The position numbers and the translations under genes are program-made. Under the pieces are notes generated by a model. It saw only the letters and a program-made list of their open reading frames with translations. It searched no databases and was not told the DNA's origin. DNA of 37,809 nt, taken from positions 1 through 37,809 of the forward strand of contig JAQGDQ010002436.1 in NCBI GenBank assembly GCA_030141605.1. The letters are read 5' to 3'. Origin of the DNA: Tubiluchus corallicola (lineage: Eukaryota > Animalia > Priapulida). Positions 9,848 to 24,113 of this stretch are shown piece after piece (within the stretch, counting starts at the first letter, position 1; each line of letters opens with the position of its first letter).

Positions 9848-9877
9848 TTGACAAAGGGACTTAAGTTTGCCTATATA
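9848..9877 (+). promoter_or_regulatory. Putative sigma70 promoter for rlmH-dksA-gpmI-comF
   Basis: TTGACA (9848-9853)-N18-TATATA (9872-9877), 13 nt before ATG 9891. Confidence 0.5.
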
Positions 9878-9890
9878 TATAAAATTTTTT

Positions 9891-10319
9891 ATGAAGATAC
9901 GATTGCTAAGTGTTTCAAAGATTAGAGATAGTAGGGTAAACTCTTTCTTCATTGAGTACAGTAAAAGGACGAGAGGTTTTTTTGATTTAGAGCTTGTGGA
10001 GTTTTCCAATGCTGACAAACTTTTTGCTTTTGCTGTCAAGAAAGAGTTCAGTGTACACAATGCTGTCCTTGACGTGGAGGGCAGGTCCTGTACGAGTGTT
10101 GAGTTTGCAAGCTACTTGGACGATATGCGTCGGGATGTCCGTGTTATGAACCTCATATTGGGGGATGCCTCAGGTTTGCCTGCAAAGGTAAGGAATATCG
10201 GAGATAGTTTGCTGTCTTTATCAAGTATGACGCTGTCTTATGGCATAAGTGTTGTCGTTGTTTCTGAGCAGATATACCGCGCTATGACTATAATTCAGAA
10301 TCACCCGTATCACAAGTAA
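9891..10319 (+). CDS. rlmH: 23S rRNA pseudouridine-1915 N3-methyltransferase
   Basis: MKIRLLSV start, LDVEGR..SVEFA, ILGDASGL, LSLSSMT, EQIYRAMTI...HPYHK. Start moved from the TTG at 9867 to the ATG at 9891. Confidence 0.9.
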   Translation: MKIRLLSVSKIRDSRVNSFFIEYSKRTRGFFDLELVEFSNADKLFAFAVKKEFSVHNAVLDVEGRSCTSVEFASYLDDMRRDVRVMNLILGDASGLPAKVRNIGDSLLSLSSMTLSYGISVVVVSEQIYRAMTIIQNHPYHK

Positions 10320-10329
10320 AGGGGGGGTT

Positions 10330-10695
10330 ATGTTAAGTGTTGAAGAAATGGAGCATTACAAGACGAAGCTTCTTGGCATGCGTGAGGAACTGACGCAGAA
10401 GCTGAAGCAGAAGTACAGTGAAGCTTTGGATTTTGGCAAGGATGGGACGCAAGACTCTGTTGATGAAGCTTACAATCTTTACAGCAAGAATATTGCTCTA
10501 GGTCGTGTGGAGACGGATGCTCTGAAGTTGAGGCTTGTAGAGCAGGCTTTGCAGCGAATATCTCAGGGACAGTATGGTGTTTGTATAGAGTGTGAGATAG
10601 ATATAGAGCCGAAACGTTTGGAGTATATCCCTTTTGCACGCTACTGCACTGAGTGTAAATCTGAGCTTGAGAAGAAGGGCCTTGTGAAGATGTAG
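10330..10695 (+). CDS. dksA: DksA/TraR family C4 zinc-finger RNA polymerase-binding factor
   Basis: Coiled coil with DSVDEA (DxxDxA), ALQRI..GQYGVCIEC, I..KRL..IPFARYCTECK. Confidence 0.85.
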   Translation: MLSVEEMEHYKTKLLGMREELTQKLKQKYSEALDFGKDGTQDSVDEAYNLYSKNIALGRVETDALKLRLVEQALQRISQGQYGVCIECEIDIEPKRLEYIPFARYCTECKSELEKKGLVKM

Positions 10696-10725
10696 CCTGA
10701 TTGTGGGTCTTAATGGTGAACTTTA

Positions 10726-12238
10726 ATGAATAAAAAAATTGTGCTTCTGATACTTGATGGTTGGGGCTATAGGGAAGATACTGTCCACAATGCCACGAAG
10801 TTGTGCGAAGCTTCTAACTTTGATCGTCTGCTATCGAGCAATCCTCATATTCTTCTCGAAGCGAGCGGTGTCGCTGTTGGTCTGCCTGAAGGTCAGATGG
10901 GCAACTCAGAAGTTGGACATATGAACATCGGTGCCGGTCGGGTCATGTATCAGGATTATCTCAAGATCAATAGGAGTTGCGAGGATGGCTCCATATTGAG
11001 TAATGCAAACATTGTAGATTTTTTCAAAAATATCAGAGCGAACAATGGTCGTTTACATCTTTTTGGTTTGTTGAGTGATGGTGGTGTTCACAGCCATGTG
11101 GAGCATATCAAGACTATTGCTGGTATGGGAAAGACCAATGGCATTGAGGAGGTTTATGTTCACGCATTTACCGATGGCAGAGACACTCCTCCTAACAGCG
11201 GCTTAGACCATGTGCGTAAGCTGGATGAGCATCTTCGTGAAAATGATATTGGTGCAGTTGCAACTGTTGTGGGCAGATACTATGCCATGGATAGGGACAA
11301 CCGCTGGGATAGAGTTGAAAAAGCTTATAAAATGCTTGCTTCTGGAGATGGAAAAAGGGTAGAGCTTGCCCATCATGCCCTGGAAGACGGGTACAAAAAT
11401 GGCGAGACGGATGAATTCATTATGCCAAGCGTGGTTGGATCCATTGACGCCAGGGTTCAGGATGGCGACGGTGTGTTTTTCTGCAACTTTCGTTCAGATA
11501 GGGCAAAGGAGCTGACAAAAGCGTTTATTGCAAAGGATTTTGATGGTTTTGACCGAGGTGACGCTTTAAACATATCTTTTATGTCCATGACTAAGTACGG
11601 CGATGAGTTTGATATTGCAAACGCCTATCCTCCCACTTCATATGACAATATTTTGGGCAGTATCCTATCTAAAAAGGGATTGAAGCAGCTTCGCATTGCA
11701 GAAACGGAGAAGTACGCCCACGTGACTTACTTTTTTAACTGTGGTATTGAAGACCCTTTTGACGGTGAAGACAGGGTGTTGATAGATTCCCCCAGTGATG
11801 TCGCAACGTATGATAAGAAACCTGAGATGAGTGTCTTTGAGGTGACTGATCGGTTTGAGAGCCTCTATAGTGCGTCTGACATAGATTTTGTGGTCATGAA
11901 TTTTGCAAATCCGGATATGGTCGGTCACACAGGTATCGAGCCTGCAGCCATTCTTGCGTGCAAGGCTGTGGATAGGTGCTTGGGCAGAGTTGTTGATATT
12001 TGCGACAAATTCGGTGCAACCCTTCTGGTTACGGCAGATCATGGCAATAGCGAAGAGATGTTTGATGAGAAGAATCAGCAGCCACATACGGCTCATACAA
12101 CCAATCCTGTTCATTTCATTTTGCGAAACCATGACGTGCCTCTGAAGGACGTCCGGGGCAAACTTGCAGACATTGCCCCCACTATTCTCGACATCATCGG
12201 GATTGAGAAGCCAAAAGAGATGGACGGAATAAGCCTTC

Positions 12239-12249
<11 letters not shown>
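10726..12249 (+). CDS. gpmI: 2,3-bisphosphoglycerate-independent phosphoglycerate mutase
   Basis: LILDGWG, GLPEGQMGNSEVGH, SDGGVHSH, DGRD, GRYYAMDRD, AETEKYAHVT, NPDMVGHTG, TADHGN. Confidence 0.97.
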
Positions 12250-14057
<1,808 letters not shown>

Positions 14058-14095
14058 ATTTTATCGTAAGTCTACAATTATGGGAGGTTTATCCG

Positions 14096-15268
14096 ATGAT
14101 AAGAAGCATCTCTGATATGGATTTGGCCGGTCAGCGGGTTTTTATTCGCGTGGACTACAATGTCCCGATCAGGGATGGTGTGGTGCGTGATGAAACTCGT
14201 ATCGTGGGCTCTCTTAAAACCATAGAGTACGCTATCGAGAAAGGGGCAAAGGTTATATTGGGAAGCCATATGGGCAGACCGAAGGGAGAGAGGAAGGATA
14301 GTTGTTCCCTGAGGCCTGTGTTTGAGCATATCAAGCAAAAAGGATACTTCCCGATTGAATTTGTGGATGATTGTATTGGGCGTGAAGTAGAAGAGGCTGT
14401 TGCCAATATGAAACCTTCAACTGTGCTGCTCCTTGAGAATTTGCGTTTTCATAAGGGAGAAGAGAGTTGTGATCTTGACTTTGTCGACTCTCTGAGCAAA
14501 TTTTGTGATATCGTGATAGTGGATGCTTTCGGTACCTGTCATAGAAAACACGCTTCTGTATACGGTTTGCCGGTTCACGTGGGCAAATCTGCTGCCGGGT
14601 TCCTCGTGCAAAAAGAGGTCGAATATTTTGACAAACTCCTCAATACTCCTGCAACTCCGTTTGCTGCGATAGTTGGCGGGGCCAAAATCAATGATAAAAT
14701 AGGTGTTATCGAGCATCTCCTTGGATATGTTGACAAGCTGTTTATCGGTGGTGCTATGGCTTATACTTTTCTTAAGTATCAAGGGTTTAGGGTTGGCAAG
14801 TCGATGGTTGAGATAGAGCATCTCAACACTGTTGAAGAGTTTATGGAGGAGGCTTCCTCGAAGGGTGTTGAAGTCTTTCTTCCCGTGGATCATGTGGCGT
14901 CTATGGAGTTTTGTGGAGAGCCTGAGTATGTGGGAGAGCGGAATTTGCCGGACTATATGATGGGGCTTGATATCGGCAAGGAGACTATCCAACTATACAA
15001 AGATGAGTTGAAGACCTGTAAAACCGTCCTGTGGAACGGTCCCATGGGTGTTTTTGAGGACGATAGATATGCAGTCGGCACGATGAAGATAGCCAAATGC
15101 CTCGCATCATCATCGGCAACGACCGTTGTTGGTGGAGGGGATTCTGTCGCTGCAGTAAATAAAGCTGACCTGGGCGATAAAATAAGCCACATCTCGACGG
15201 GTGGCGGAGCTTCGCTCGAGTATATAGAATACGGTAGTTTGCCGGTTATAAATATGCTAAAGGACTGA
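14096..15268 (+). CDS. pgk: Phosphoglycerate kinase
   Basis: RVDYNVP, SHMGRP, LLENLRF, DAFGTCHR, GGAK, WNGPMGVFE, GGGDS, STGGGASLE; GGAGG RBS before ATG 14096. Confidence 0.98.
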   Translation: MIRSISDMDLAGQRVFIRVDYNVPIRDGVVRDETRIVGSLKTIEYAIEKGAKVILGSHMGRPKGERKDSCSLRPVFEHIKQKGYFPIEFVDDCIGREVEEAVANMKPSTVLLLENLRFHKGEESCDLDFVDSLSKFCDIVIVDAFGTCHRKHASVYGLPVHVGKSAAGFLVQKEVEYFDKLLNTPATPFAAIVGGAKINDKIGVIEHLLGYVDKLFIGGAMAYTFLKYQGFRVGKSMVEIEHLNTVEEFMEEASSKGVEVFLPVDHVASMEFCGEPEYVGERNLPDYMMGLDIGKETIQLYKDELKTCKTVLWNGPMGVFEDDRYAVGTMKIAKCLASSSATTVVGGGDSVAAVNKADLGDKISHISTGGGASLEYIEYGSLPVINMLKD

Positions 15269-15382
15269 GAAGTTTGGCGATGGCATCTCTTTAGAACATG
15301 GCGGAGTTTGGGGTTTTTGCCTCTCTTTTCTGCTGGTGCTTGTCGCTTTGCTCTTGGTGGTGTCTTTTTTGGAGGTTGCTAG

Positions 15383-15814
15383 ATGGTTGACATGACGCTG
15401 TATCCGGATTCTATGCTTATGCAGGCGGGGCTTCTTTTCTCCATAATGATTGCGGGCAAGTTTCTGATACTGGATCCTGTTATGAAGACTGTGAATAAAC
15501 GCCAGGAAAAGGTGGACGGGCTCAAATCTTCCACAGAGGAGATCCTGAAGGCAATAGAGGATAGAAAAGCTGAGTACAATGGCAAATATGAAGCCTTGCT
15601 CACGGAAATAAGCGACTATCAAAGAACTATGAGACAGGAGGCAGCTGAAGAATCTGCGAAGATAATAGAGGATGCCAAACTGGAAATAGAGAAAGATGTT
15701 GAGATGGCCATGAATAAGCTTCGTGATGAGCTGGACACTGCGCGGGAAGATTTGGAGAGAAGTGTTGATGGGCTCACAGATTCGATAGTGTCTAAGGTTA
15801 TTGGCAAGGCGTAG
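15383..15814 (+). CDS. F0F1 ATP synthase subunit b' (peripheral stalk)
   Basis: N-terminal TM helix, P(V)M..V..R motif, long charged coiled coil; first gene of the atp cluster; GGAGG RBS. Confidence 0.85.
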   Translation: MVDMTLYPDSMLMQAGLLFSIMIAGKFLILDPVMKTVNKRQEKVDGLKSSTEEILKAIEDRKAEYNGKYEALLTEISDYQRTMRQEAAEESAKIIEDAKLEIEKDVEMAMNKLRDELDTAREDLERSVDGLTDSIVSKVIGKA

Positions 15815-15969
15815 ACCCTTTCAGTCAGTGATTTGCTACTGCTTTTGGGTCTGTTTATAGATTTTTTGTCTGTGTTGTCGTTAGAGTGTACCCCGTTTGG
15901 GTCTTGGTGTATTTTTTTATATGTTTGCGCTTGTGTCGATGCGGTGCGTAAGCGGTTGGAGTTGTTAGG

Positions 15970-16533
15970 TTGTTTTTAAGAGTAATTTTTCTCGTATTAT
16001 TCCTAGTTTCCTTATCCTGCGTGGCCTTTGGGGCTGGTGATGGTTATCATCCCGTTAATTGGCGCGATTTTGCCTGGCGAGTTCCTACATTCCTCTTTTT
16101 CATATTTATTTTGTATAAACTACTAAAGAAGCCTGTTTCCGATGCGCTTATCAAGCGTACTTCCGATATCGAAAAGATGATAAGAAAAGCTTTAGAAGGT
16201 GAAGAAAAAGCGAAAAAGGACCTTGCGGACTATATCAACAAGCTAGACGGGTTAGAAGCTGAACTGGATCAGATGAAGAAGAATGCGTACACATCTCTGG
16301 TTGAGGAGAAGCGGATCATTATAGAAAATTCCAAAGCTGCTGCCGATAAGCTAAAAAGGTCGTCTCTTGGATATATAGAGCTGGAGTATGGTAAGGGTAG
16401 AGATAGGCTCGTTCGCGATATTACCACTCAAGCCTTTAAGGCGGCAGAAGACGAAATATATAAGCAGTTGAGTACGAGCAGATCCAACAAATTGAATCAA
16501 GACTACTTGAGAGAGTTGAGAGGGGGTAGTTGA
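15970..16533 (+). CDS. atpF: F0F1 ATP synthase subunit b, with signal-like N-terminal extension
   Basis: DFAWRV.TFLFFIFILYKLLKKPV...L.KR followed by coiled coil; directly precedes delta. Confidence 0.85.
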   Translation: MFLRVIFLVLFLVSLSCVAFGAGDGYHPVNWRDFAWRVPTFLFFIFILYKLLKKPVSDALIKRTSDIEKMIRKALEGEEKAKKDLADYINKLDGLEAELDQMKKNAYTSLVEEKRIIIENSKAAADKLKRSSLGYIELEYGKGRDRLVRDITTQAFKAAEDEIYKQLSTSRSNKLNQDYLRELRGGS

Positions 16534-17078
16534 TGTCTGTGGTACTTGCAAGGCGCTATTGCAATGCACTTTTTGCGTTGTGTCTTGATGAAAACGTTTT
16601 GGACGATGTTGGGAAGAATCTTGACGCTCTTAGGGAGATGCTTGTTGAGGGGTCTGATCTTCACACGCTGTTTAATAATCCCCTGATAGCATCTTCAGAC
16701 AAAGAGCAGGTGCTCAAAGCTCTTTTTGCAAAGAATATGATATCAAAACTCCTATACAGTTTCCTGGTAGTGCTTAACAAAGGTAACCGTCTGCCCCTTT
16801 TTGAGCTGATATGCGGGGAGATGGATAAAATGATAGCGGAACACCGGGGAGAGATTCGTGGTACAGCCTATTTTGCTTGTGAGGTATCGAGCAGCTTTGT
16901 AAAAGAGGTTGAAGATGTGCTCGCAAAAAAGATCGAGAAGAATGTCCAGCTCACCTCCCAGATTGATGAGGATTTAATCGGTGGTTTCAGGGTTAGTTTG
17001 GGCAATTCCCTGTATGATGCCAGCGTTCGCGGGCGTTTGAGAAAGCTAAAGGATGCAATGTTGACCGGAAGTAGATGA
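16533..17078 (+). CDS. atpH: ATP synthase F1 subunit delta
   Basis: LARRYCNALF, NPLI, IDEDLIGGF, YDASVRGRL; TGATG overlap with atpF. Confidence 0.92.
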   Translation: MSVVLARRYCNALFALCLDENVLDDVGKNLDALREMLVEGSDLHTLFNNPLIASSDKEQVLKALFAKNMISKLLYSFLVVLNKGNRLPLFELICGEMDKMIAEHRGEIRGTAYFACEVSSSFVKEVEDVLAKKIEKNVQLTSQIDEDLIGGFRVSLGNSLYDASVRGRLRKLKDAMLTGSR

Positions 17079-17141
17079 TCGGCTGCTTAGTAAGAGCGGC
17101 TTTATTTATAAATAGAATTTTAATTAAGGAGCGTGTCTCAC

Positions 17142-18650
17142 ATGCAAATACGTGCCGAAGAGATAAGCCAGATAATTCGAGAACAGATCAAACAGTTTGA
17201 CAGCAAGGTGGAGATGAACGAGGTGGGCACCGTTGTCAGTGCTGGTGATGGTATTGCCAAGGTTTACGGTCTTGACAAGGCTATGTCGGGGGAGCTTATA
17301 GAGTTTCCCGGAAACACATTTGGCATCGTCTTTAACTTGGAGGAAGATAATGTCGGTATCGTTATCATGGGTGATTACTCCCTTATCAGGGAGGGGGACA
17401 CTGTAAAGCGTACCGGCAGGATAGCGTCTGTGCCAGTTGGTGAAGAGCTTGTAGGGCGAGTTGTCAACCCTCTTGGCTCTCCTGTGGATGGCAAAGGGCC
17501 TATTAATGCGAAGAAGTATGATGTTATTGAAAAAATAGCTCCCGGTATTGTTAGTCGCAAGCCTGTACATGAGCCTGTGCAGACCGGTATAAAAGCGATA
17601 GATTCTATGATCCCAATAGGGAGAGGGCAAAGAGAGCTTATCATTGGCGATCGCCAAATAGGCAAGACCGCCATCGCCGTTGACACGATCATCAACCAGA
17701 AAGGCCAGGATATGTTCTGCGTCTACGTTGCAATTGGTCAGAAGCTTTCTACGGTTGCCAGGGTGGTCGAAACTTTGGAGCAGAACGGAGCCATGGAGTA
17801 CACCACCGTTGTGGTGTCATCTGCCGGTGATCCTGCTCCCTTACAGTATATGGCGCCTTTTGCAGGGGTGACTATGGGGGAATATTTTAGAGATAGTGGA
17901 AGACACGCCCTCGTGATCTATGATGATCTTTCAAAACAGGCTGTGGCTTACCGCCAGATGTCCCTGTTGCTTCGTCGCCCTCCGGGAAGAGAGGCTTACC
18001 CTGGGGATGTGTTCTATCTTCACAGTCGCTTGTTGGAGCGAGCGGCAAAGTTGGATGATAACTATGGTGGAGGCTCATTGACGGCACTCCCTATAATAGA
18101 GACACAAGCAGGAGACGTCAGTGCTTATATCCCCACAAACGTGATATCCATCACTGACGGTCAGATATATCTCGAACCGGATCTATTTAACTCAGGAGTT
18201 CGTCCGGCGGTTAATGTCGGTATATCCGTGTCAAGGGTTGGAGGAGCTGCTCAGATTAAAGCCATGAAGCAAGTAGCGGGAAGGCTTCGACTTGACCTAG
18301 CGCAATATAGGGAGTTGGCGGCATTTGCCCAGTTTGGCTCAGATCTTGACGCCGTTACCCAGGCTCAGCTTAAGAGAGGGGCGAAGTTGGTCGAGGTGCT
18401 AAAACAAGCCCAGTATAAGCCGGTGCCGGTGGAAGAACAGGTGTCAATTATATTTTCGGGCATTAACGGATATTTGGATGATGTGGCTGATGAGAATATA
18501 CGGAAATTTGAGGCGGAATTTCTCAACTTCTTGAGGATATCAAAAAAGGAGATATTGGAAGGCATTCGCACTAAGCAAAGCTTGGATGATGAGCTCACCT
18601 CTATGCTTAAGGGCGCTTTGGAAGAGTTTAAAAAACAGTTCAAAGCTTAG
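17142..18650 (+). CDS. atpA: ATP synthase F1 subunit alpha
   Basis: [47 protein letters not shown]; AAGGAG RBS. The start is either ATG 17142 or GTG 17133. Confidence 0.98.
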   Translation: MQIRAEEISQIIREQIKQFDSKVEMNEVGTVVSAGDGIAKVYGLDKAMSGELIEFPGNTFGIVFNLEEDNVGIVIMGDYSLIREGDTVKRTGRIASVPVGEELVGRVVNPLGSPVDGKGPINAKKYDVIEKIAPGIVSRKPVHEPVQTGIKAIDSMIPIGRGQRELIIGDRQIGKTAIAVDTIINQKGQDMFCVYVAIGQKLSTVARVVETLEQNGAMEYTTVVVSSAGDPAPLQYMAPFAGVTMGEYFRDSGRHALVIYDDLSKQAVAYRQMSLLLRRPPGREAYPGDVFYLHSRLLERAAKLDDNYGGGSLTALPIIETQAGDVSAYIPTNVISITDGQIYLEPDLFNSGVRPAVNVGISVSRVGGAAQIKAMKQVAGRLRLDLAQYRELAAFAQFGSDLDAVTQAQLKRGAKLVEVLKQAQYKPVPVEEQVSIIFSGINGYLDDVADENIRKFEAEFLNFLRISKKEILEGIRTKQSLDDELTSMLKGALEEFKKQFKA

Positions 18651-18666
18651 ATTGTGAGGATAGTTA

Positions 18667-20936
<2,270 letters not shown>

Positions 20937-20949
20937 GATAGTATTAGTT

Positions 20950-21369
20950 ATGGCAGAGAATAAGTTACAACTTGATGTCGTATCCCCCTCGAGAAGCTTG
21001 ATATCCTGTGTCGTGGATGAGGTTGTATTGCCCGGTGTCGAGGGGTGTTTTGGAGTATTGCCGGATCATATGGATTTTATCAGTACCTTGAGGGTGGGTG
21101 AGATCGTTCTGCGCAATGATGCCGGTGTCGAGTACATCCTGATAGACGGCGGATGGGCCAAGGCGGAAGATAATAAGGTTGTTGTTTTGGCAGAGGATGC
21201 TGTGTTGGGAGCTGAAATTGACCTTGAAGAGGCCATCAAGAGAAAAGCTGAATCGGAAATGGTGCTTTCCGAGAAGCGCATTGATGACCAGATAAAGTTT
21301 AAACAGGCAGAGGCGGCACTACAACGTTCCATTGCGGAGATAGCTATTGCCAGAAAACTTGGCAAGTAA
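20950..21369 (+). CDS. atpC: ATP synthase F1 subunit epsilon
   Basis: LDVVSP, EG.FGVLPDH, GG, C-terminal helical hairpin; follows atpD. Confidence 0.95.
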   Translation: MAENKLQLDVVSPSRSLISCVVDEVVLPGVEGCFGVLPDHMDFISTLRVGEIVLRNDAGVEYILIDGGWAKAEDNKVVVLAEDAVLGAEIDLEEAIKRKAESEMVLSEKRIDDQIKFKQAEAALQRSIAEIAIARKLGK

Positions 21370-21491
21370 CTTTTGCACGGCTCTAGCTTCGGATCCTCAT
21401 TTTTTGAGCTTTGCTGCTGTTGAATAATGTTTTTTTGTTATCCAGCCTTGTCGGGATTTATTCTGAAGCCGCCCGTTTTCTGTAAAAAAGT

Positions 21492-22199
21492 ATGAAATTT
21501 GACCCAAAATATTCGCTGAATGATAAAGTCCAAGTTTATCAAGTAGATGCTCCTTACAGATTTAATGAGGATTCTATTCTTCTGTCCTACATTGTCGATA
21601 GTAAAAAAGATGTGAAAGTCATCGATATTGGGGCAGGTAGCGGGATTATCTCTGTTTTACTTGCAAAACTAAAAGGTTTTCAGCAGATAGATGCAGTTGA
21701 GGCACAAGAAAAGATGTATGAATGCCTCGTAGAGACTGTAAGACTGAACAATCTTGAGCAAACTATCCGTGCAGTTTTCAAAGATATAAGAGAATATAAG
21801 CCAAATTGTCATTACGATATAGCCATTGCAAATCCGCCCTATACAAGCAAGTACAGAGGAAGAAGGAGCAGTAGTAGCGAAAAAGATATGGCCAGATCAT
21901 TCGGAGATGATTGTGGAATGGGGCTGGATGATATATTTAGTTTTTGTAAAAAATATTTGAAGTTTGGCAAATATCTGTATTTTTCTTATCCAACTGAATT
22001 ATTGACCGATGCGGCTTGTTCAGCTAGAGAGTACGGATTTGAGATAAAGGATGTGACATTCGTCTGTTTCAAACAACATCAAAAAAAGATATCCCTCATT
22101 AAGGCAAAATATGGCGGTGGCGTGGGACTTACGATACACCCCACCATTGATAAGAATGATGAAGTTTACTCTAAAATAATGAGCGGAATATGGGAATAA
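21492..22199 (+). CDS. tRNA1(Val) adenine-37 N6-methyltransferase-like (TrmN6/YfiC/YabB family)
   Basis: YRFNEDSILL, SAM motif IDIGAGSGII, catalytic NPPY. Confidence 0.8.
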   Translation: MKFDPKYSLNDKVQVYQVDAPYRFNEDSILLSYIVDSKKDVKVIDIGAGSGIISVLLAKLKGFQQIDAVEAQEKMYECLVETVRLNNLEQTIRAVFKDIREYKPNCHYDIAIANPPYTSKYRGRRSSSSEKDMARSFGDDCGMGLDDIFSFCKKYLKFGKYLYFSYPTELLTDAACSAREYGFEIKDVTFVCFKQHQKKISLIKAKYGGGVGLTIHPTIDKNDEVYSKIMSGIWE

Positions 22200-22347
22200 C
22201 TTGAATGGGTATCGCATCGTTACTCATTTTGCAAAAAATTTTGGACGTTATTTTATAAGATTTAGATAAAACAGTTGAGTTTTTTTATTTTAGGCATAGT
22301 TTCATCTCTATCAGATTTATTTTTTCGGAAAAAAGAAGTGAGGCAAG

Positions 22348-23259
22348 ATGAGTTTTTTAGATGAACGGAGTGACTTTGCAAAAGGATTGACTGTCGGGAT
22401 CAGTACCCAGATAGTGTGGGGAATGCTTACGATATATTGGAATCTGATTGACGGCGCAAATTCTTTTGAAATATTAGCTCACCGTATTCTCTGGTCCTTG
22501 CCGGCACTTGCCTTTATACTCCTCATTTACAAAAGATTTGGGGAAGTTTTTGCAGTTTTTAGATCAAAGAAGAACTTGAGACTCATTATGTTGTCCGGTT
22601 TTGTCATATCTTTTTCCTGGCTTGCTGGATTTTATGCCGTGGTAAACGGAAGAATACTCGACTTCAGTTTGGGCACATATTGCGCTCCACTCATCAGCCT
22701 TATTTTTGGCTATATATTCATGAAGGAAAAATTGAATAAAGTGGACATGATATCCGTAGGGTTTGTTGTGTTCGGGATAATGAACTTAGTCTTTGTTATG
22801 GGGGTTTTCCCCTTTATTGCGGTGTTCATTGCGGTTACATTTGGCTTGTACGGAGTGGTGAGGAAGTATGTCCCGGTGATGCCTATTCCTGGCACCTTTG
22901 TAGAGTTAATGTTTGTATCTCCGGTAGCTTTGACATACATTATGTATCTGCACTACACTGGTAATGGTACATTGGGAAATGCGACTCTCCTGAATGATTT
23001 CCTCTTAATTGCAAGCGGAGCTGTGACCTCCATCGGAATGCTCGGATATATTTACGCCATGCGCAGGCTCAAGCTTATTACTGCAGCCATATTGCAGTAC
23101 GTGTCCCCAACGATCAACTTCCTATTAGTATTTATGTACAAAGAGGAATTTAATATTTCATTGCTAATAACATTTATCTCAATATGGATAGGCATCTTGA
23201 CATACATGTCCGTAAATATCATAAACTATAAAAAGAAACAGAAGCTAGAGCGTGCATAA
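22348..23259 (+). CDS. rarD: EamA/DMT family permease, RarD-like
   Basis: WG..IYW, EILAHRILWS, SLG.Y..PL, TFGLYGVVRK, LQYVSPT.NFLL; about 10 TM segments. Confidence 0.88.
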   Translation: MSFLDERSDFAKGLTVGISTQIVWGMLTIYWNLIDGANSFEILAHRILWSLPALAFILLIYKRFGEVFAVFRSKKNLRLIMLSGFVISFSWLAGFYAVVNGRILDFSLGTYCAPLISLIFGYIFMKEKLNKVDMISVGFVVFGIMNLVFVMGVFPFIAVFIAVTFGLYGVVRKYVPVMPIPGTFVELMFVSPVALTYIMYLHYTGNGTLGNATLLNDFLLIASGAVTSIGMLGYIYAMRRLKLITAAILQYVSPTINFLLVFMYKEEFNISLLITFISIWIGILTYMSVNIINYKKKQKLERA

Positions 23260-23263
23260 TAAT

Positions 23264-23292
23264 TTGTTTTTCTTCAATATTTTCTGTACAAT
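23264..23292 (+). promoter_or_regulatory. Putative sigma70 promoter for the FkbM gene (second copy at 25715-25743)
   Basis: TTGTTT-N17-TACAAT, then AAGGGGG RBS before ATG 23343. Confidence 0.5.
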
Positions 23293-23342
23293 ATCCCATG
23301 GCGTTTTTTTAGAGATTGAATTGATTTAAGGGGGTATTTGAG

Positions 23343-24038
23343 ATGGGGATTAAGAACTTTATAAGAAATACGAAAAAGGTTTATGACACAATATTGCTCG
23401 AAGATAAGCAGCGAGGGTGGTTGGTTTCTCATATCGATAGCTTGTCTGATCTTCTTGACGAAATTACTGAGGATTCTTTATGTATAGATTGTGGTGCAAA
23501 TATGGGTGTTGTTTCTGATCTTTTTTTGCGCTTTGGGGCAGAAGTTCACGCTTTTGAACCGAATAAACAGCTATGCCACTACATAAGATATCAGTTGAGT
23601 GATTTTGTATCGAAAGGACGACTACACATTCATAACGAAGCTGTTTTAGACAGAGAAGATAAACTCAAATTGTATATGCGCAAGGGGTATGGTTCTGACA
23701 ATTTTTTAAGGCATCGATCGGGTCAATCATCTTTGAAGGTTGAAAACACAGACGAGAGCATTAGAATGCATAATGACAAAAATAACTATGTTTTGGTTGA
23801 TTGTATCGACCTCTCTGATTTCATCCGGAAGCTTGAAAAGGATGTCCATATACTTAAGATGGATATTGAGGGAGCTGAGTTTGAAGTCCTTAAAAAACTT
23901 ATCGAAACGGATGTTTATAAGAGAGTTAAGCACATCTATGTGGAGGCCCATGATCGTCACCCGGCTCTTAAACCTTTTGGCGATGAGATTAGGCAGATGA
24001 TAAAGGATAGAGATATAAAAAATATCAATCTCGACTAG
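23343..24038 (+). CDS. FkbM family SAM-dependent methyltransferase, copy 1
   Basis: IDCGANMG, VHAFEPN, ILKMDIEGAEFEVL, IYVEAH. Confidence 0.9.
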   Translation: MGIKNFIRNTKKVYDTILLEDKQRGWLVSHIDSLSDLLDEITEDSLCIDCGANMGVVSDLFLRFGAEVHAFEPNKQLCHYIRYQLSDFVSKGRLHIHNEAVLDREDKLKLYMRKGYGSDNFLRHRSGQSSLKVENTDESIRMHNDKNNYVLVDCIDLSDFIRKLEKDVHILKMDIEGAEFEVLKKLIETDVYKRVKHIYVEAHDRHPALKPFGDEIRQMIKDRDIKNINLD

Positions 24039-24113
24039 CATTGACAACTGCTTTGCCATCTCTGTTACTTCAATATGGTGACATACATGTCCATTGTCGC
24101 AGTTGGAAGCGTA

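Noticed and set aside
9768-9853. Two TTGACA hexamers 80 bp apart and an imperfect hairpin (AACATCT/AGATGTT) as a possible ncRNA
   Set aside because: The first hexamer has no acceptable -10, pairing is weak and AT-rich, and no RNA family is recognisable.
15261-15394. Hydrophobic short reading frames between pgk and atpF' (FLLVLVALLLVVSFL, and a 30-aa Cys/Trp-rich ORF from ATG 15298)
   Set aside because: The TM-like frame has no usable start and the other has no convincing RBS; G/T-rich DNA yields such residues by composition. No resemblance to AtpI or SecG recognised.
21492-22199. NPPY methyltransferase as a restriction-modification DNA methylase
   Set aside because: Its size and the N-terminal F..DSILL motif fit the tRNA m6A37 family, and there is no target-recognition domain or adjacent endonuclease.
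24045-24105. CAACTGC/GCAGTTG-closed multi-stem fold between FkbM and addA as a structured RNA or terminator
   Set aside because: The inner stems are short and there is no U-tract; the region is better explained by the rarD-like repeat reported above.
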